59,783 nt of DNA, from the NCBI GenBank assembly GCA_964554545.1, contig CAZKPE010000003.1, positions 1 through 59,783 of the forward strand, read 5' to 3'. Below are positions 28,455-37,788 of the stretch, one piece after another. Made by a program: the position numbers and the translations under genes. The stretch is from an uncultured Lewinella sp. (GTDB lineage Bacteria; Bacteroidota; Bacteroidia; Chitinophagales; Saprospiraceae). Every line of letters starts with the position of its first letter. The stretch's first letter is position 1. The notes beneath the pieces are model-generated. The model was not told the DNA's origin. It was given only the letters and a program-made list of their open reading frames with translations, and searched no databases.

Positions 28455-30584
28455 TCAGGAGATCAAACTCCAGCCCCGTACCGATTTTAGATGGCGGTCC
28501 AGATAGCGTCCAAGCGCCCGGTGGTTGGCAACTTGCAATTTGGGGTCCCGTTCAAGAATGTCTTTCGCCCGTTCGCGTGCTACGGCCAGAATGCGGCCAT
28601 CCTGCGCCAGGTCCGCGATCCGCATCTGTAGAACACCGCTCTGCTGGGTTCCGTCAATCATGCCCGGCCCCCGCAGGCGCAGGTCCGCCTCCGCGATCTT
28701 AAAGCCGTCCGTGGTGTCGACCATCGTTTTGATCCGCTCCCGGCTTTCTTTACTGAGCTTGACGCTCGATAGCAGGATGCAGTGACTCTCGGCGGCCCCC
28801 CGCCCGACCCGCCCCCGCAACTGATGCAGTTGGCTGAGCCCGAAGCGCTCGGTATGCACGATGACCATCAGGGTGGCGTTCGGCACGTTCACCCCTACCT
28901 CGATCACGGTGGTCGCCATCATGATCTGGGTGAGCCCGTTCTTAAAGCGGGCCATCTCGAAGTCCTTGTCCGCGGCCTTCATCCGCCCGTGCACCACGCT
29001 GATCTGGTAGTCGGGGCGGGGAAAGCGGTGGAGCATCTCTTCGTAGGCCGCTTCCAGGGCCAGCAGGTCCAGTTTCTCGTTCTCTTCGATCAGGGGATAG
29101 ACGACGTAGACCTGCCGGCCCTTGGCGATCTCCTCCCGCATCCGGCCGAACACCCGCTCCCGCCGGTGCTCGGTGAAGTGGACGGTCTTGATCGGCGTGC
29201 GGCCCGGGGGCAGTTCGTCGATGACGCTCACGTCCAGGTCCCCGTAGGCGGTCATAGCCAGGGTACGGGGGATGGGCGTGGCCGTCATCACCAGCACGTG
29301 GGGCGGGTAGGGGGTGTTCTTCTTCCAGAGTTTAGCCCGCTGCTTCACGCCGAAGCGGTGCTGCTCGTCGACGATGGCCAGTCCCAGATTTTTGAACACG
29401 ACCGCTGGCTCGATCAGGGCGTGGGTCCCGAGCAGGATGTCGATCCCCCCCGCCGCCAGCCGCTCCAGTAGCTCGCGGCGCGCCTTCCCCTTCACGCTTC
29501 CCGACAGGAAGGCGACCTCCACCTCGGTACCGGTCAGGTAGTCGCGGATCGACTCGTAGTGCTGGTAGGCGAGTATCTCGGTGGGGGCCATCATACAGGC
29601 CTGAAAGCCGTTGTCCAGCGCCATAAGCATGGACATCAGCCCCACCATCGTCTTACCCGAGCCGACATCACCCTGCAACAGGCGGTTCATCTGGATGCCC
29701 CGGCCCAGGTCGTGGCGGATTTCCCGCAAGACCCGCTTCTGGGCGCCGGTCAGGGTAAAGGGCAAGTGGTTACGATAGAAGTTGTTGAAGCGATTCCCGA
29801 TCGATTCGAAGGCATAACCCGCCACCTGCGCTTCGCGGCTGACCTTCAGTTGCAGTAACCGGACCTGCAAGAGGAAGAGCTCCTCGAACTTTAGCCGCCG
29901 CCGCGCCGCCTCCAGTTCCCCCTGATCAGCCGGCAGGTGAATGGCCTTTATGGCAGTATAATGGGAGATCAGTCGGAGCTCGTCACGCAGGTATTCGGGT
30001 AACATATCGGGCAAGTCGGCCTCGCCGATCTGGTCGATCACAGCCCGGATAAGCTTGCGCCGTCCCCGGGTATCCAGCCCCCGCTTATTCAGCTTCTCGG
30101 TACTGGCGTAGACCGGTTCGAAGGTGGCGGAATCTTCGGCCACGGCCCGGGCCGCCAATTCCATTTCGGGGTGAGTGATGCTGAGCCGGCCCCCAAACTC
30201 CTCGACCTTGCCGTAGCAAACGTATTCCTCCCCGACCTTGTACGTTCGGTCCAGGTAGTTGATGCCCCGGAACCAAACCAACTCCAGCGCCGCGCCACTT
30301 TCGTCCCGCAGCCGGCCCACCAGCCGCTTCTTGCGGTTCTCCCCCCGCACGTTCATGGTCACCAATCGGCCCTTGACCTGCACGTTGCCCTGGTCGGGCA
30401 GGATGTCGATGATGCGGTGAAACTGCGTGCGATCGACGTAGCGGAAAGGGTAGCTGTACAGTAAATCCCCGAGAGTGAATATCTGCAGTTCCCGTCCGAG
30501 TAAGTCGGCCTTGGCCGGACCGATGCCCTTCAGGCTGGCGATGCTGCGATCGAGTAGACGGACCCGCGACGGAGAGGGGGGCAT
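28455..30584 (-). CDS. recG: ATP-dependent DNA helicase RecG
   Basis: QGDVGSGKT, DEQHRFG, TATPIPR, QLRGRVGRG and DLRLRGPG motifs. Confidence 0.97.
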   Translation of the reverse strand: MPPSPSRVRLLDRSIASLKGIGPAKADLLGRELQIFTLGDLLYSYPFRYVDRTQFHRIIDILPDQGNVQVKGRLVTMNVRGENRKKRLVGRLRDESGAALELVWFRGINYLDRTYKVGEEYVCYGKVEEFGGRLSITHPEMELAARAVAEDSATFEPVYASTEKLNKRGLDTRGRRKLIRAVIDQIGEADLPDMLPEYLRDELRLISHYTAIKAIHLPADQGELEAARRRLKFEELFLLQVRLLQLKVSREAQVAGYAFESIGNRFNNFYRNHLPFTLTGAQKRVLREIRHDLGRGIQMNRLLQGDVGSGKTMVGLMSMLMALDNGFQACMMAPTEILAYQHYESIRDYLTGTEVEVAFLSGSVKGKARRELLERLAAGGIDILLGTHALIEPAVVFKNLGLAIVDEQHRFGVKQRAKLWKKNTPYPPHVLVMTATPIPRTLAMTAYGDLDVSVIDELPPGRTPIKTVHFTEHRRERVFGRMREEIAKGRQVYVVYPLIEENEKLDLLALEAAYEEMLHRFPRPDYQISVVHGRMKAADKDFEMARFKNGLTQIMMATTVIEVGVNVPNATLMVIVHTERFGLSQLHQLRGRVGRGAAESHCILLSSVKLSKESRERIKTMVDTTDGFKIAEADLRLRGPGMIDGTQQSGVLQMRIADLAQDGRILAVARERAKDILERDPKLQVANHRALGRYLDRHLKSVRGWSLIS

Positions 30585-30623
30585 AATTTTTAAAACAATT
30601 TGCGGTAAATATACAATTGGTCG

Positions 30624-31367
30624 CTAGGGTACACGCCGCTTCCGCATACATTCGTACAGCAGTACCCCGGCGGCTACGGAGACGTTCAGGCTGTTCAGCG
30701 TACCCACCTGGGGAATGAGGAAGGTTTGGTCGGCCGCCGCGGCCACCCCCTGGCTGATACCCGTATCCTCCGCCCCCATCACGATGGCCAGGGGCACGGT
30801 CAGGTCCAGTTCGGCGAGTTCCCGCGCGGCGCTCAGGTCGCTGGCAATCACGCTCACCCCGCTGAGTTGCAGCAGCTCCACGGTATTCACCAGGCTGCGT
30901 TCCCGGCAGACCGGCAGGCGACTCAACGCCCCGGCACTGCTCTTTACGGCGTCGGCGGTCAGTCCGGCACTGTTCTTCTGGGAAATCACGATGGTGTGGG
31001 CCCCGAACACCTCCGCCGAGCGGGCGATGGCCCCGAGGTTGCGTACGTCGGTCACCCCGTCCAGGATCAAAATCAGGGGCACTTCCCCCCGCTCGTAGAT
31101 TTGCGGGAGCACGTCGCCGATCTTTTGGTAGGCCGCCGCCGCCAACTGGGCCGCTACCCCCTGGTGGTTGCCCCTCACCATCCGCTGCAGTTTGGCCTGG
31201 GGGATGAGGGTCATGGGTACTTCCCCCTCGCGGCAGGCCAGGCGCAGCTCTTTCTCGAATTCCCCCCGCGTACCCTGTTGTAGATACACCTTATCCACCG
31301 GCTGCCCGGCGGCGAGGGCCTCCAGTACCGGGTGGCGACCGTAAATCAAGTCCGTACGCTGCTTCAT
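30624..31367 (-). CDS. rlmB: 23S rRNA Gm2251 methyltransferase
   Basis: YGRHPVLEAL, NHQGV, DVRNLGAIARS and SLNVSVA (SPOUT family). Confidence 0.9.
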   Translation of the reverse strand: MKQRTDLIYGRHPVLEALAAGQPVDKVYLQQGTRGEFEKELRLACREGEVPMTLIPQAKLQRMVRGNHQGVAAQLAAAAYQKIGDVLPQIYERGEVPLILILDGVTDVRNLGAIARSAEVFGAHTIVISQKNSAGLTADAVKSSAGALSRLPVCRERSLVNTVELLQLSGVSVIASDLSAARELAELDLTVPLAIVMGAEDTGISQGVAAAADQTFLIPQVGTLNSLNVSVAAGVLLYECMRKRRVP

Positions 31368-31440
31368 ACGGCGAAGGTAAAGCGGGCGGCCGCGTCATCA
31401 GGGGAAGGGGCCCCCTGATGTAAGCCAGGTGCAAGCCGGA

Positions 31441-33738
31441 TCAATTCCGGAAAACTCGCACGAAGACGATAAGGAGCAGTACGGCGAACCCCACCCCCAC
31501 CCGCACCCAGAACTGCTGCCGCGTCACGATGGCCGACTGCAAGTGGGCCGGGTTGGCCCGCCCGGGGGTGCCGGGGCCAGCTTCCGCTACCCAGTGGCGG
31601 TGGCGGCTGTTGTCCAGCCCCGGGAGGGCCAGGGCGTAGGTGAATACGGTATCCTCCCGGGGCGGAAGCTCGTAGCGGATCGAATTCACGTAGCTCCCGT
31701 CAGCGGCGTATAGCCCGAGGCGGTCCACTTCCTTATGCAACCCGAAGGGGAGGCCAGCGATGAATTCCGGCACCTCCGGGTAGGTAGCCGCGAACCGCTC
31801 TCCCTCGCGGGATACGACGAGGTAGGAGCCGGGGCGCAGCAGGGTAGGGGGCAGGTGGAAGCGTTCCCCGCTGCCGTCGATCAGGAACCACCCTTCCAGG
31901 TTCACGGCCGGTCCCTCCCGGTGGTACAGTTCGAGCCAGTCACCGGCCACTTCGCTACGGGGACAGACCTCATTGATGATGATCCGGTCCGCCAGCGGAT
32001 GGCGGCTGGGCGCGAAGCGGGCCTCAAGTTCATAGGAACGGTCCGCGCCTAAGTCCTGATCGAATATTGGGCGCTCTTCCTCGGCCCCCTCCCAGCCCGC
32101 GAAACGATAACCTGGCAGAGCCACGGCCTCCAGTCGGATCGGAACGTCAGCGAAATAACGGCCCTCCAGCCCGTCGCTACCGACCTGCAGGTTATCGTTG
32201 ACCACCACGTAGCCGCCCCGGCCCGCCCGGACCGCTACCGCACGGTCTGATCCGGCCCGGAAGTATTCCCGCAGGTGCTCGCGCAGAAAATCCGGCCGGT
32301 ACAGCGCGAAGCGGCGCAGCTGGTCGCAGTGGTAGCGCCAGTGGCCTAGCTGACGATCCCAGCGGGCCTGCTGCCGGGGCATTTCTTCCGCGATGGCTTC
32401 GATGGCCGCGTCAGTGCGTTCCAGGACGGCCTCGGCGCTGAAGTCGGTATGGAGGTAATCGAGGCTGCGGTTGATGAAGTTGCGCCGGTAAGCGGGGTTG
32501 GCCAGTAACTTGCGCTGCAGGAGGGTAGACCAGGGGGGATTCGGCCAGACCGGTCCGGCCGGCTCCGTGAAGAAGGTCAGTGAATTGGTGGTCCACCCCT
32601 GCTGCCGGTGCAGCCCGAAACCCTGGTCCACGTCGTACAGTATCCAGCGGAAACGCTCGTTCGGCCCATTCGGTCGCCAGAAGCGGATGTTGCCGCCGGC
32701 GTCGCGGTTATCGAAGTAGGTCTGGGCGATCTGCAGGCGCTGAAAGTTGTCGACATCCATTCGTTTCTCCACCCAGGCGTAGTGCCGCTGGTCGGCCAGA
32801 TCGTGGCGGCTCACGTAGTCGCGCAGTTCGGTGTAGTCGGCGTCGCTTCCGTGTTTAACGGTCCGTTCGTGCTCGATCAGGCTCAGGGAGTCCTTATCTA
32901 CGTCGTAGCGGTCGGCCAGGAAGCGGGGGTTGATCTTCTCGCGCAGGTGGTAGAGCCCCCAGTATTTTCCGTTGAGGTATACCCGGACGGGGCGGGCGGC
33001 CTGTACGTCCAGCTCCCAGCTCGGGTCTGCGAGTAGCCCGGTCAGGAGGGCGTCGCGGAGGTAGCTGCGCCCCCAGTCCGAGCCCCCGTTGCGGAGGACG
33101 ACGAACTGAAAGCGGTCGCCGGCCCCCTCTCCGAACAGCGGGTAATCAATCCGGCGGTTCCCGTAGCGTTTGCGGCCGGAGAGAGAAAAGGACTTCTGGG
33201 GGTGCACCCGGCTACGGCCGCCGAAAAGACGAAACCCCATGCGGCCGGCGTGCACCGATTTTCCCCCCGGGGTAAAGATCTCTACGTGGACGGGGTGTTC
33301 TGCGTCCGTCCACCAGTTGGCGCCGCGGGCCCCCGTGGTGTCAGAACCGGCTACGAACCAGCCGGACTCCGGGTGAAACAGCCGCCAGGGGTCGATGGCC
33401 ACCGCTACCGTCATCAGCTCCGATGGGGGTTCGCCAATGAGGTAGGTGCCGCCGAATTGTTCGGCCTTTCCGTCAGCACCGTAGCTGACTACCCGCAGCG
33501 TGGAAGAGGCCCGGACCGGAATCGGCCCCCCGGTATAGGGCAGGGAATGGCGGTCCGGCGTCCGTCCGTCCGTGGTATAAAAGATTGCACCTGCCCCGAT
33601 AGCTATCGGGGCGCCCAAAACCTCTACCCGCTGGGGTTCCGCGTAGAAGCCGGGGGAAGGAACAAGGCGCATCCCCTGCTGCCCCGGCAGTTGAGCGGCC
33701 AGAAACACCAACAAAACCGCGGGGAGGGCGTAGCGCAA
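31441..33738 (-). CDS. CotH kinase family protein with lamin-tail domain and C-terminal TM anchor
   Basis: Signal peptide, FYTTDG.TP, YLNGKYWGLYHLREK, RWILYDVD, IIINEV...DWLELY and a C-terminal hydrophobic helix. Confidence 0.85.
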   Translation of the reverse strand: MRYALPAVLLVFLAAQLPGQQGMRLVPSPGFYAEPQRVEVLGAPIAIGAGAIFYTTDGRTPDRHSLPYTGGPIPVRASSTLRVVSYGADGKAEQFGGTYLIGEPPSELMTVAVAIDPWRLFHPESGWFVAGSDTTGARGANWWTDAEHPVHVEIFTPGGKSVHAGRMGFRLFGGRSRVHPQKSFSLSGRKRYGNRRIDYPLFGEGAGDRFQFVVLRNGGSDWGRSYLRDALLTGLLADPSWELDVQAARPVRVYLNGKYWGLYHLREKINPRFLADRYDVDKDSLSLIEHERTVKHGSDADYTELRDYVSRHDLADQRHYAWVEKRMDVDNFQRLQIAQTYFDNRDAGGNIRFWRPNGPNERFRWILYDVDQGFGLHRQQGWTTNSLTFFTEPAGPVWPNPPWSTLLQRKLLANPAYRRNFINRSLDYLHTDFSAEAVLERTDAAIEAIAEEMPRQQARWDRQLGHWRYHCDQLRRFALYRPDFLREHLREYFRAGSDRAVAVRAGRGGYVVVNDNLQVGSDGLEGRYFADVPIRLEAVALPGYRFAGWEGAEEERPIFDQDLGADRSYELEARFAPSRHPLADRIIINEVCPRSEVAGDWLELYHREGPAVNLEGWFLIDGSGERFHLPPTLLRPGSYLVVSREGERFAATYPEVPEFIAGLPFGLHKEVDRLGLYAADGSYVNSIRYELPPREDTVFTYALALPGLDNSRHRHWVAEAGPGTPGRANPAHLQSAIVTRQQFWVRVGVGFAVLLLIVFVRVFRN

Positions 33739-33790
33739 GCCGGATGACCTTGATTTACCTATTTTCGGCGGGTAAAGTACTACGCCACCG

Positions 33791-34672
33791 ATGGAGTTTC
33801 ACCTACACAACGACCTGCTCGCCATTACCGTACAGCGGCGGGGGGCTGAATTGAGCAGCCTGGTCAGGCGACAGACCGGGCGGGAATACATCTGGAGCGG
33901 CGACCCCGAGGTATGGGGCAGTACCGCACCCGTACTCTTCCCCATCATCGGTTCGCTGAAGGATGGAAAGACGGAGATCGACGGCAAGGAGTATGCCATC
34001 CCCAAGCACGGACTGATCCGCCACAACGGGAATCTGGAACTGCACAGCAAAACCGAGGATCGACTGATCCTGCAGTTGACCAGCAGCCCGGAGACGCTTG
34101 AGCAGTACCCTTACCCCTTCGACTTCCGGATCACCTTCCGGCTGCGTAACGAGCACCTCATCATCTACCACGAGGTGCGCAATGAGGGAACGCGGCACAT
34201 GCCCTTTCATCTGGGGGGGCACCCCGCCTTTCGGGTCCCCGTCGTGGAGGGGGAGGAGTACGCGGACTACTTCCTGCGTTTCGAGCACGCCGAAGATAGC
34301 CGGAGCTACACGGTCACCGACGCCGGTACGGTCAGTCAGGAAACCCGCCCGGTACCCTGGACCGAAGGAGGGAAGGTGCTGCCGCTGACCCACGACCTAT
34401 TCGAACGGGATGCGCTGGTCTTTAAGGACCTGCAGTCGCGCAGCGTCAACCTCGAAAGCAGAAAGAGCGGCCCGGTACTGAAGCTGGACTACGCCGGGTG
34501 GACCCACCTGGGCATCTGGGCTAAGACCCAGGGCGACTTCGTCTGCATCGAGCCCTGGCTGGGACTGTCAGATGACGCGCAGGGGAGCGGCCGCTTTGCC
34601 GATAAGGAAGGGCTGATCTGGCTGGAACCCAACGGCGTGTACGAAATGAGCTACGACATCAAGATCCTGTAG
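33791..34672 (+). CDS. Aldose 1-epimerase family protein (LacX-like)
   Basis: GAELSSL, APVLFPIIG, HG, GGHPAF and FVCIEPW motifs. Confidence 0.9.
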   Translation: MEFHLHNDLLAITVQRRGAELSSLVRRQTGREYIWSGDPEVWGSTAPVLFPIIGSLKDGKTEIDGKEYAIPKHGLIRHNGNLELHSKTEDRLILQLTSSPETLEQYPYPFDFRITFRLRNEHLIIYHEVRNEGTRHMPFHLGGHPAFRVPVVEGEEYADYFLRFEHAEDSRSYTVTDAGTVSQETRPVPWTEGGKVLPLTHDLFERDALVFKDLQSRSVNLESRKSGPVLKLDYAGWTHLGIWAKTQGDFVCIEPWLGLSDDAQGSGRFADKEGLIWLEPNGVYEMSYDIKIL

Positions 34673-34675
34673 GGC

Positions 34676-35950
34676 CTACGCCCGGTAGAGGGGCTCGATG
34701 GAGCGGTAAAAGCGCAGCAGGTCCCCCTCGGCCAGTCCCCGGCTGCCCTGTACCACCCGAATTTGGGTCAGCGCCCGCTCGATGACCGCCGCGGGCAACC
34801 CCAACCGCTCCGCCAGATCGCCGGGCGGCGGCTGCCCCTCGGCCCAGCCCAGCCCGAAGCGGCGGTTAAGGTGGAAGCGGAGGTTGGCGAGTTCGCGGCG
34901 GGCCAGCGCCGTATGGTTGCCGGACTGGTAGACCAGCCGCCCCAGGGTTTCGATGAAGCGGCGACTGCTGTTCTCCCGTGGCGGAATGATGGGAATGATA
35001 CGCTGCCGCCGTCGCCCCCGGAAGATCACGAATAATAGGGTGCCCATCACCAGCAGATACCAGGCCAGGGCCAGCTCCCGCCGCTCCTGGATATACTGCA
35101 GGGTGCGGTTGCCGTCCAGCAGGTTACGGCCGCCGGTGTACTGTCGGGGGGTGGCGCTGCCGCTACTGCCGGCGGGAGGCTGGCGGTAGCGGCGGTGGTA
35201 CTCATCCCACAGTACCGGCCCCTCCCCGACTACGGACAGCATTTCTTCCGGATAGCGGTACTGTAGGCTATCGAGCACGAACCAGTTGGTGAAGTACACG
35301 GGATTGGAGTGGAAGTAGAAGTTCCCCTCCCCCCAGCCCAGGCGCAGGAAGTTGATGCCGAAGGTGTCCAGCACGCCGAGCACCTGGTTGTCCAGGCTCT
35401 CGTCGCAGAGTAGCCGGTCGCTGACCACCTTCATCGGCACCGACATGGGTTGAAAGAAGCGCTCGTGGACTAACTGAAAGCTATCGCCCCGGGGGTAGCG
35501 GTAGGCCGTAGCGGTATCAAGAAGGACCGTCGGGAAACGGAGATCCTGATAGCCTAAGCTGAGGTCCTCGAATTCATCGTAGTAGCAGGCATCGCCAAAG
35601 AGGTGATAGGCCAGGTCTTCGGGCAGCTCGCCGGCGGCAATGAAGGCGGTATTACCGCGCTCCACGAAGTCCAGCAGCCCGGTCACGGCCGCCTCGCCAT
35701 AGTAGGGGTTGTGGCCGATGAAGAGGTAGTTGCCACCCTCCATCGAGTCCAGGGCCGTCAGACTGGCCGTATCGTCGAGGCGGGTGAGCCCCTCCGGTCG
35801 ATCCTCCAGTAGTTCGTAGAGGGCATACAGATCGAAGGGCTGCCTCTCATCGTAGCGGTAGCGCTCGGTCCAGTCAGGGCGCGGACAGCCAAAAAGCGTG
35901 AGCAGCAGCAGGGCCACTCCAGGGTAGCGGAGGTCATACCGTCGCTGCAC
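34676..35950 (-). CDS. DUF4350-like lipoprotein/membrane protein
   Basis: Lipobox LFGC, LLDFVERGNTAFIA, WDEY, a TM followed by RRRQRIIP, and FIETLGRL. Confidence 0.7.
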   Translation of the reverse strand: MQRRYDLRYPGVALLLLTLFGCPRPDWTERYRYDERQPFDLYALYELLEDRPEGLTRLDDTASLTALDSMEGGNYLFIGHNPYYGEAAVTGLLDFVERGNTAFIAAGELPEDLAYHLFGDACYYDEFEDLSLGYQDLRFPTVLLDTATAYRYPRGDSFQLVHERFFQPMSVPMKVVSDRLLCDESLDNQVLGVLDTFGINFLRLGWGEGNFYFHSNPVYFTNWFVLDSLQYRYPEEMLSVVGEGPVLWDEYHRRYRQPPAGSSGSATPRQYTGGRNLLDGNRTLQYIQERRELALAWYLLVMGTLLFVIFRGRRRQRIIPIIPPRENSSRRFIETLGRLVYQSGNHTALARRELANLRFHLNRRFGLGWAEGQPPPGDLAERLGLPAAVIERALTQIRVVQGSRGLAEGDLLRFYRSIEPLYRA

Positions 35951-36608
35951 GGCCGAGCTGTTGGGTAAGGGTGGTGAAGGCCGTGCGGTGCACCCGGTAG
36001 GTGAGGCGGTCGAGGGGGTAGTCGCCGTACCAGAAGCGCTCGTAAGCGGCGGTTACGGCAGCGAAAGCGTCCCGGTGGGGGTTACCGGCCAGTTGGCGCA
36101 GGTAGTCTCGGTTGCTGTAGTCGCGGCGGTACTGGATGTGCTTTCGGTCCTGCAGTTCCTTCAGCACGCCGAGGTAAAGCAGGCGGATCGCGATGGCGTA
36201 CTCCCCCTCGGCTTCGGCCCGTTCCAGCAGACTCAGGGGTACGCCCTCGGCAACGGCCGCTTCCTCGTCCAGCGCCGCTGCTTCCACTTCCAGGGAGATG
36301 GGTGAGGGTTCGGTAGCCGGGCGGCGGAGGTAGCCGAAGTCGCCGAGCAGGCGGAAGATAAGAAAGCCGAGCCCCGTAAGTAGCACGATGGAGATGATGA
36401 TGATCAGCGGCTGGCGCAGAAATTCCAGGTCCATTGGCTCGACGGCCGGGTCCGGCTCCGGCAGTTCCGGTTCGCTGGGTCGGTCGTCGGTGTACACGAT
36501 CTCTTCCCGCAGTTCAGCGTGGCGCTCGGCCGGAAACAGGTCCGAGCCCTGTCCGTTCAGCGAGAGACAACCGGAATAAAACAGGAAAAGGAGGAGAAGC
36601 CGGATCAT
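35934..36608 (-). CDS. DUF4129 domain membrane protein
   Basis: AIRLLYL, SNRDYLRQL and YERFWYG motifs. Confidence 0.75.
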   Translation of the reverse strand: MIRLLLLFLFYSGCLSLNGQGSDLFPAERHAELREEIVYTDDRPSEPELPEPDPAVEPMDLEFLRQPLIIIISIVLLTGLGFLIFRLLGDFGYLRRPATEPSPISLEVEAAALDEEAAVAEGVPLSLLERAEAEGEYAIAIRLLYLGVLKELQDRKHIQYRRDYSNRDYLRQLAGNPHRDAFAAVTAAYERFWYGDYPLDRLTYRVHRTAFTTLTQQLGRAATV

Positions 36609-36687
36609 GGCGAGCGGCCCAAAGGTACGATTTTTACTATTTTACCCCTTTCTAACCCGCCGTCCCGCCGCGGTCGGCATAATCGAC

Positions 36688-37026
36688 ATGCCCGTGAGTA
36701 AATTTGATGAGAAACTGGCCACCTATGAGGCCGCCCTGGAAAAGACCGACAAGAAAATGGACAAGGACCTTCTCCGCAAAGTCACCAAGGGTCTCGGCCC
36801 CTCCATCTACAACAACGATTCCAACAAGGTGGCCTGTAGCGACAAGGCCGAACTGCAACGGGTGGTCGACAACTTCTGCATGAAAAAGCTCGGCATGAAG
36901 GACAAGGACAAAGCCATGGAAACCGTCCAGGCCGTCTGCAAGAAGTACGTTGACCGCAGCAAGCATCGCGCCGTCTTCTACTACCTGGTCGTCAAGGAAG
37001 CCGGCATGGAAAGCCACTACGCCTAG
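36688..37026 (+). CDS. DUF2853 family protein
   Basis: ATG at 36688; LLRKVTKGLGPSIYN.DS..VACSD..EL and KHRAVFYYL. Confidence 0.8.
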   Translation: MPVSKFDEKLATYEAALEKTDKKMDKDLLRKVTKGLGPSIYNNDSNKVACSDKAELQRVVDNFCMKKLGMKDKDKAMETVQAVCKKYVDRSKHRAVFYYLVVKEAGMESHYA

Positions 37027-37658
37027 GGCCGGATCACCAGCCGCCCCGTCAGCCCCTCCGTCACCGCGCGTACCGCGAGTTCCGCCACCTGGTCGGGCCG
37101 CAGGATGCGGGGCGGGGGGGCTTCGTTTTTCCAGCTGTCGGTCAGGGTGGCCCCGGGAGCGATCAGGGTGGCGCGTACGCCGCTGCCCGCGAGTTCTCTC
37201 TCCCAGCCTTCGTAAAGCGCGCGCAGGGCTTTTTTCGTGGCGGCGTAGGCGGTCATGTGCTCCGGCACCGCATCGGTGGCCACCGAACCGATCACCAGTA
37301 GATGCCCCCGGCCCCGTTCGCGCAAGGCGGGCAGTAGAAGGCGCGCCAGGCGGTGGTTGGCGAGTACGTTCAGCCGGTACAGCTCGGCGAACACATCCCG
37401 CTCCCCGTCGAGCAGGCCTCCGGGGCTGTACCCGCCGGCGTTCAGCAGGATCGCGTCGTAGGGTCCATCCAGCCGCGGGACCTCCGGGCCGGTCAGGTCG
37501 GTCACCACCGGGAGGATACGGTCGGGGTAGCCGGCACGCAGTTCCTCGAGGAGTTCGGCGGTGCGGGCCAGGGCGGTCACTCGCCATCCGCAGTCGGCGA
37601 AGGCTTCGGCACAGGCCCGTCCGATACCCCGGGAAGCTCCGGTAATGAGGATATGCAT
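37023..37658 (-). CDS. Short-chain dehydrogenase/reductase
   Basis: ATG at 37658; TGASRGIG, LNAG and YAATK motifs. Confidence 0.88.
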   Translation of the reverse strand: MHILITGASRGIGRACAEAFADCGWRVTALARTAELLEELRAGYPDRILPVVTDLTGPEVPRLDGPYDAILLNAGGYSPGGLLDGERDVFAELYRLNVLANHRLARLLLPALRERGRGHLLVIGSVATDAVPEHMTAYAATKKALRALYEGWERELAGSGVRATLIAPGATLTDSWKNEAPPPRILRPDQVAELAVRAVTEGLTGRLVIRP

Positions 37659-37668
37659 GGCAGGTTTT

Positions 37669-37687
37669 TTGCGCGGACGCAGGTGCA
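37669..37687 (-). repeat. Dispersed motif copy TGCACCTGCGTCCGCGCAA
   Basis: Intergenic, about 10 nt upstream of the SDR start and followed by an A-run. Confidence 0.7.
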
Positions 37688-37788
37688 GGGGTGACGGGTA
37701 AACGATAAACGGGCAACCGGGGTTAGCAGGAAAGCCGAGGGAAGAAATTCGTACCTTAGCTTTCCTATTCCTTATCCCCCCCCCGACC

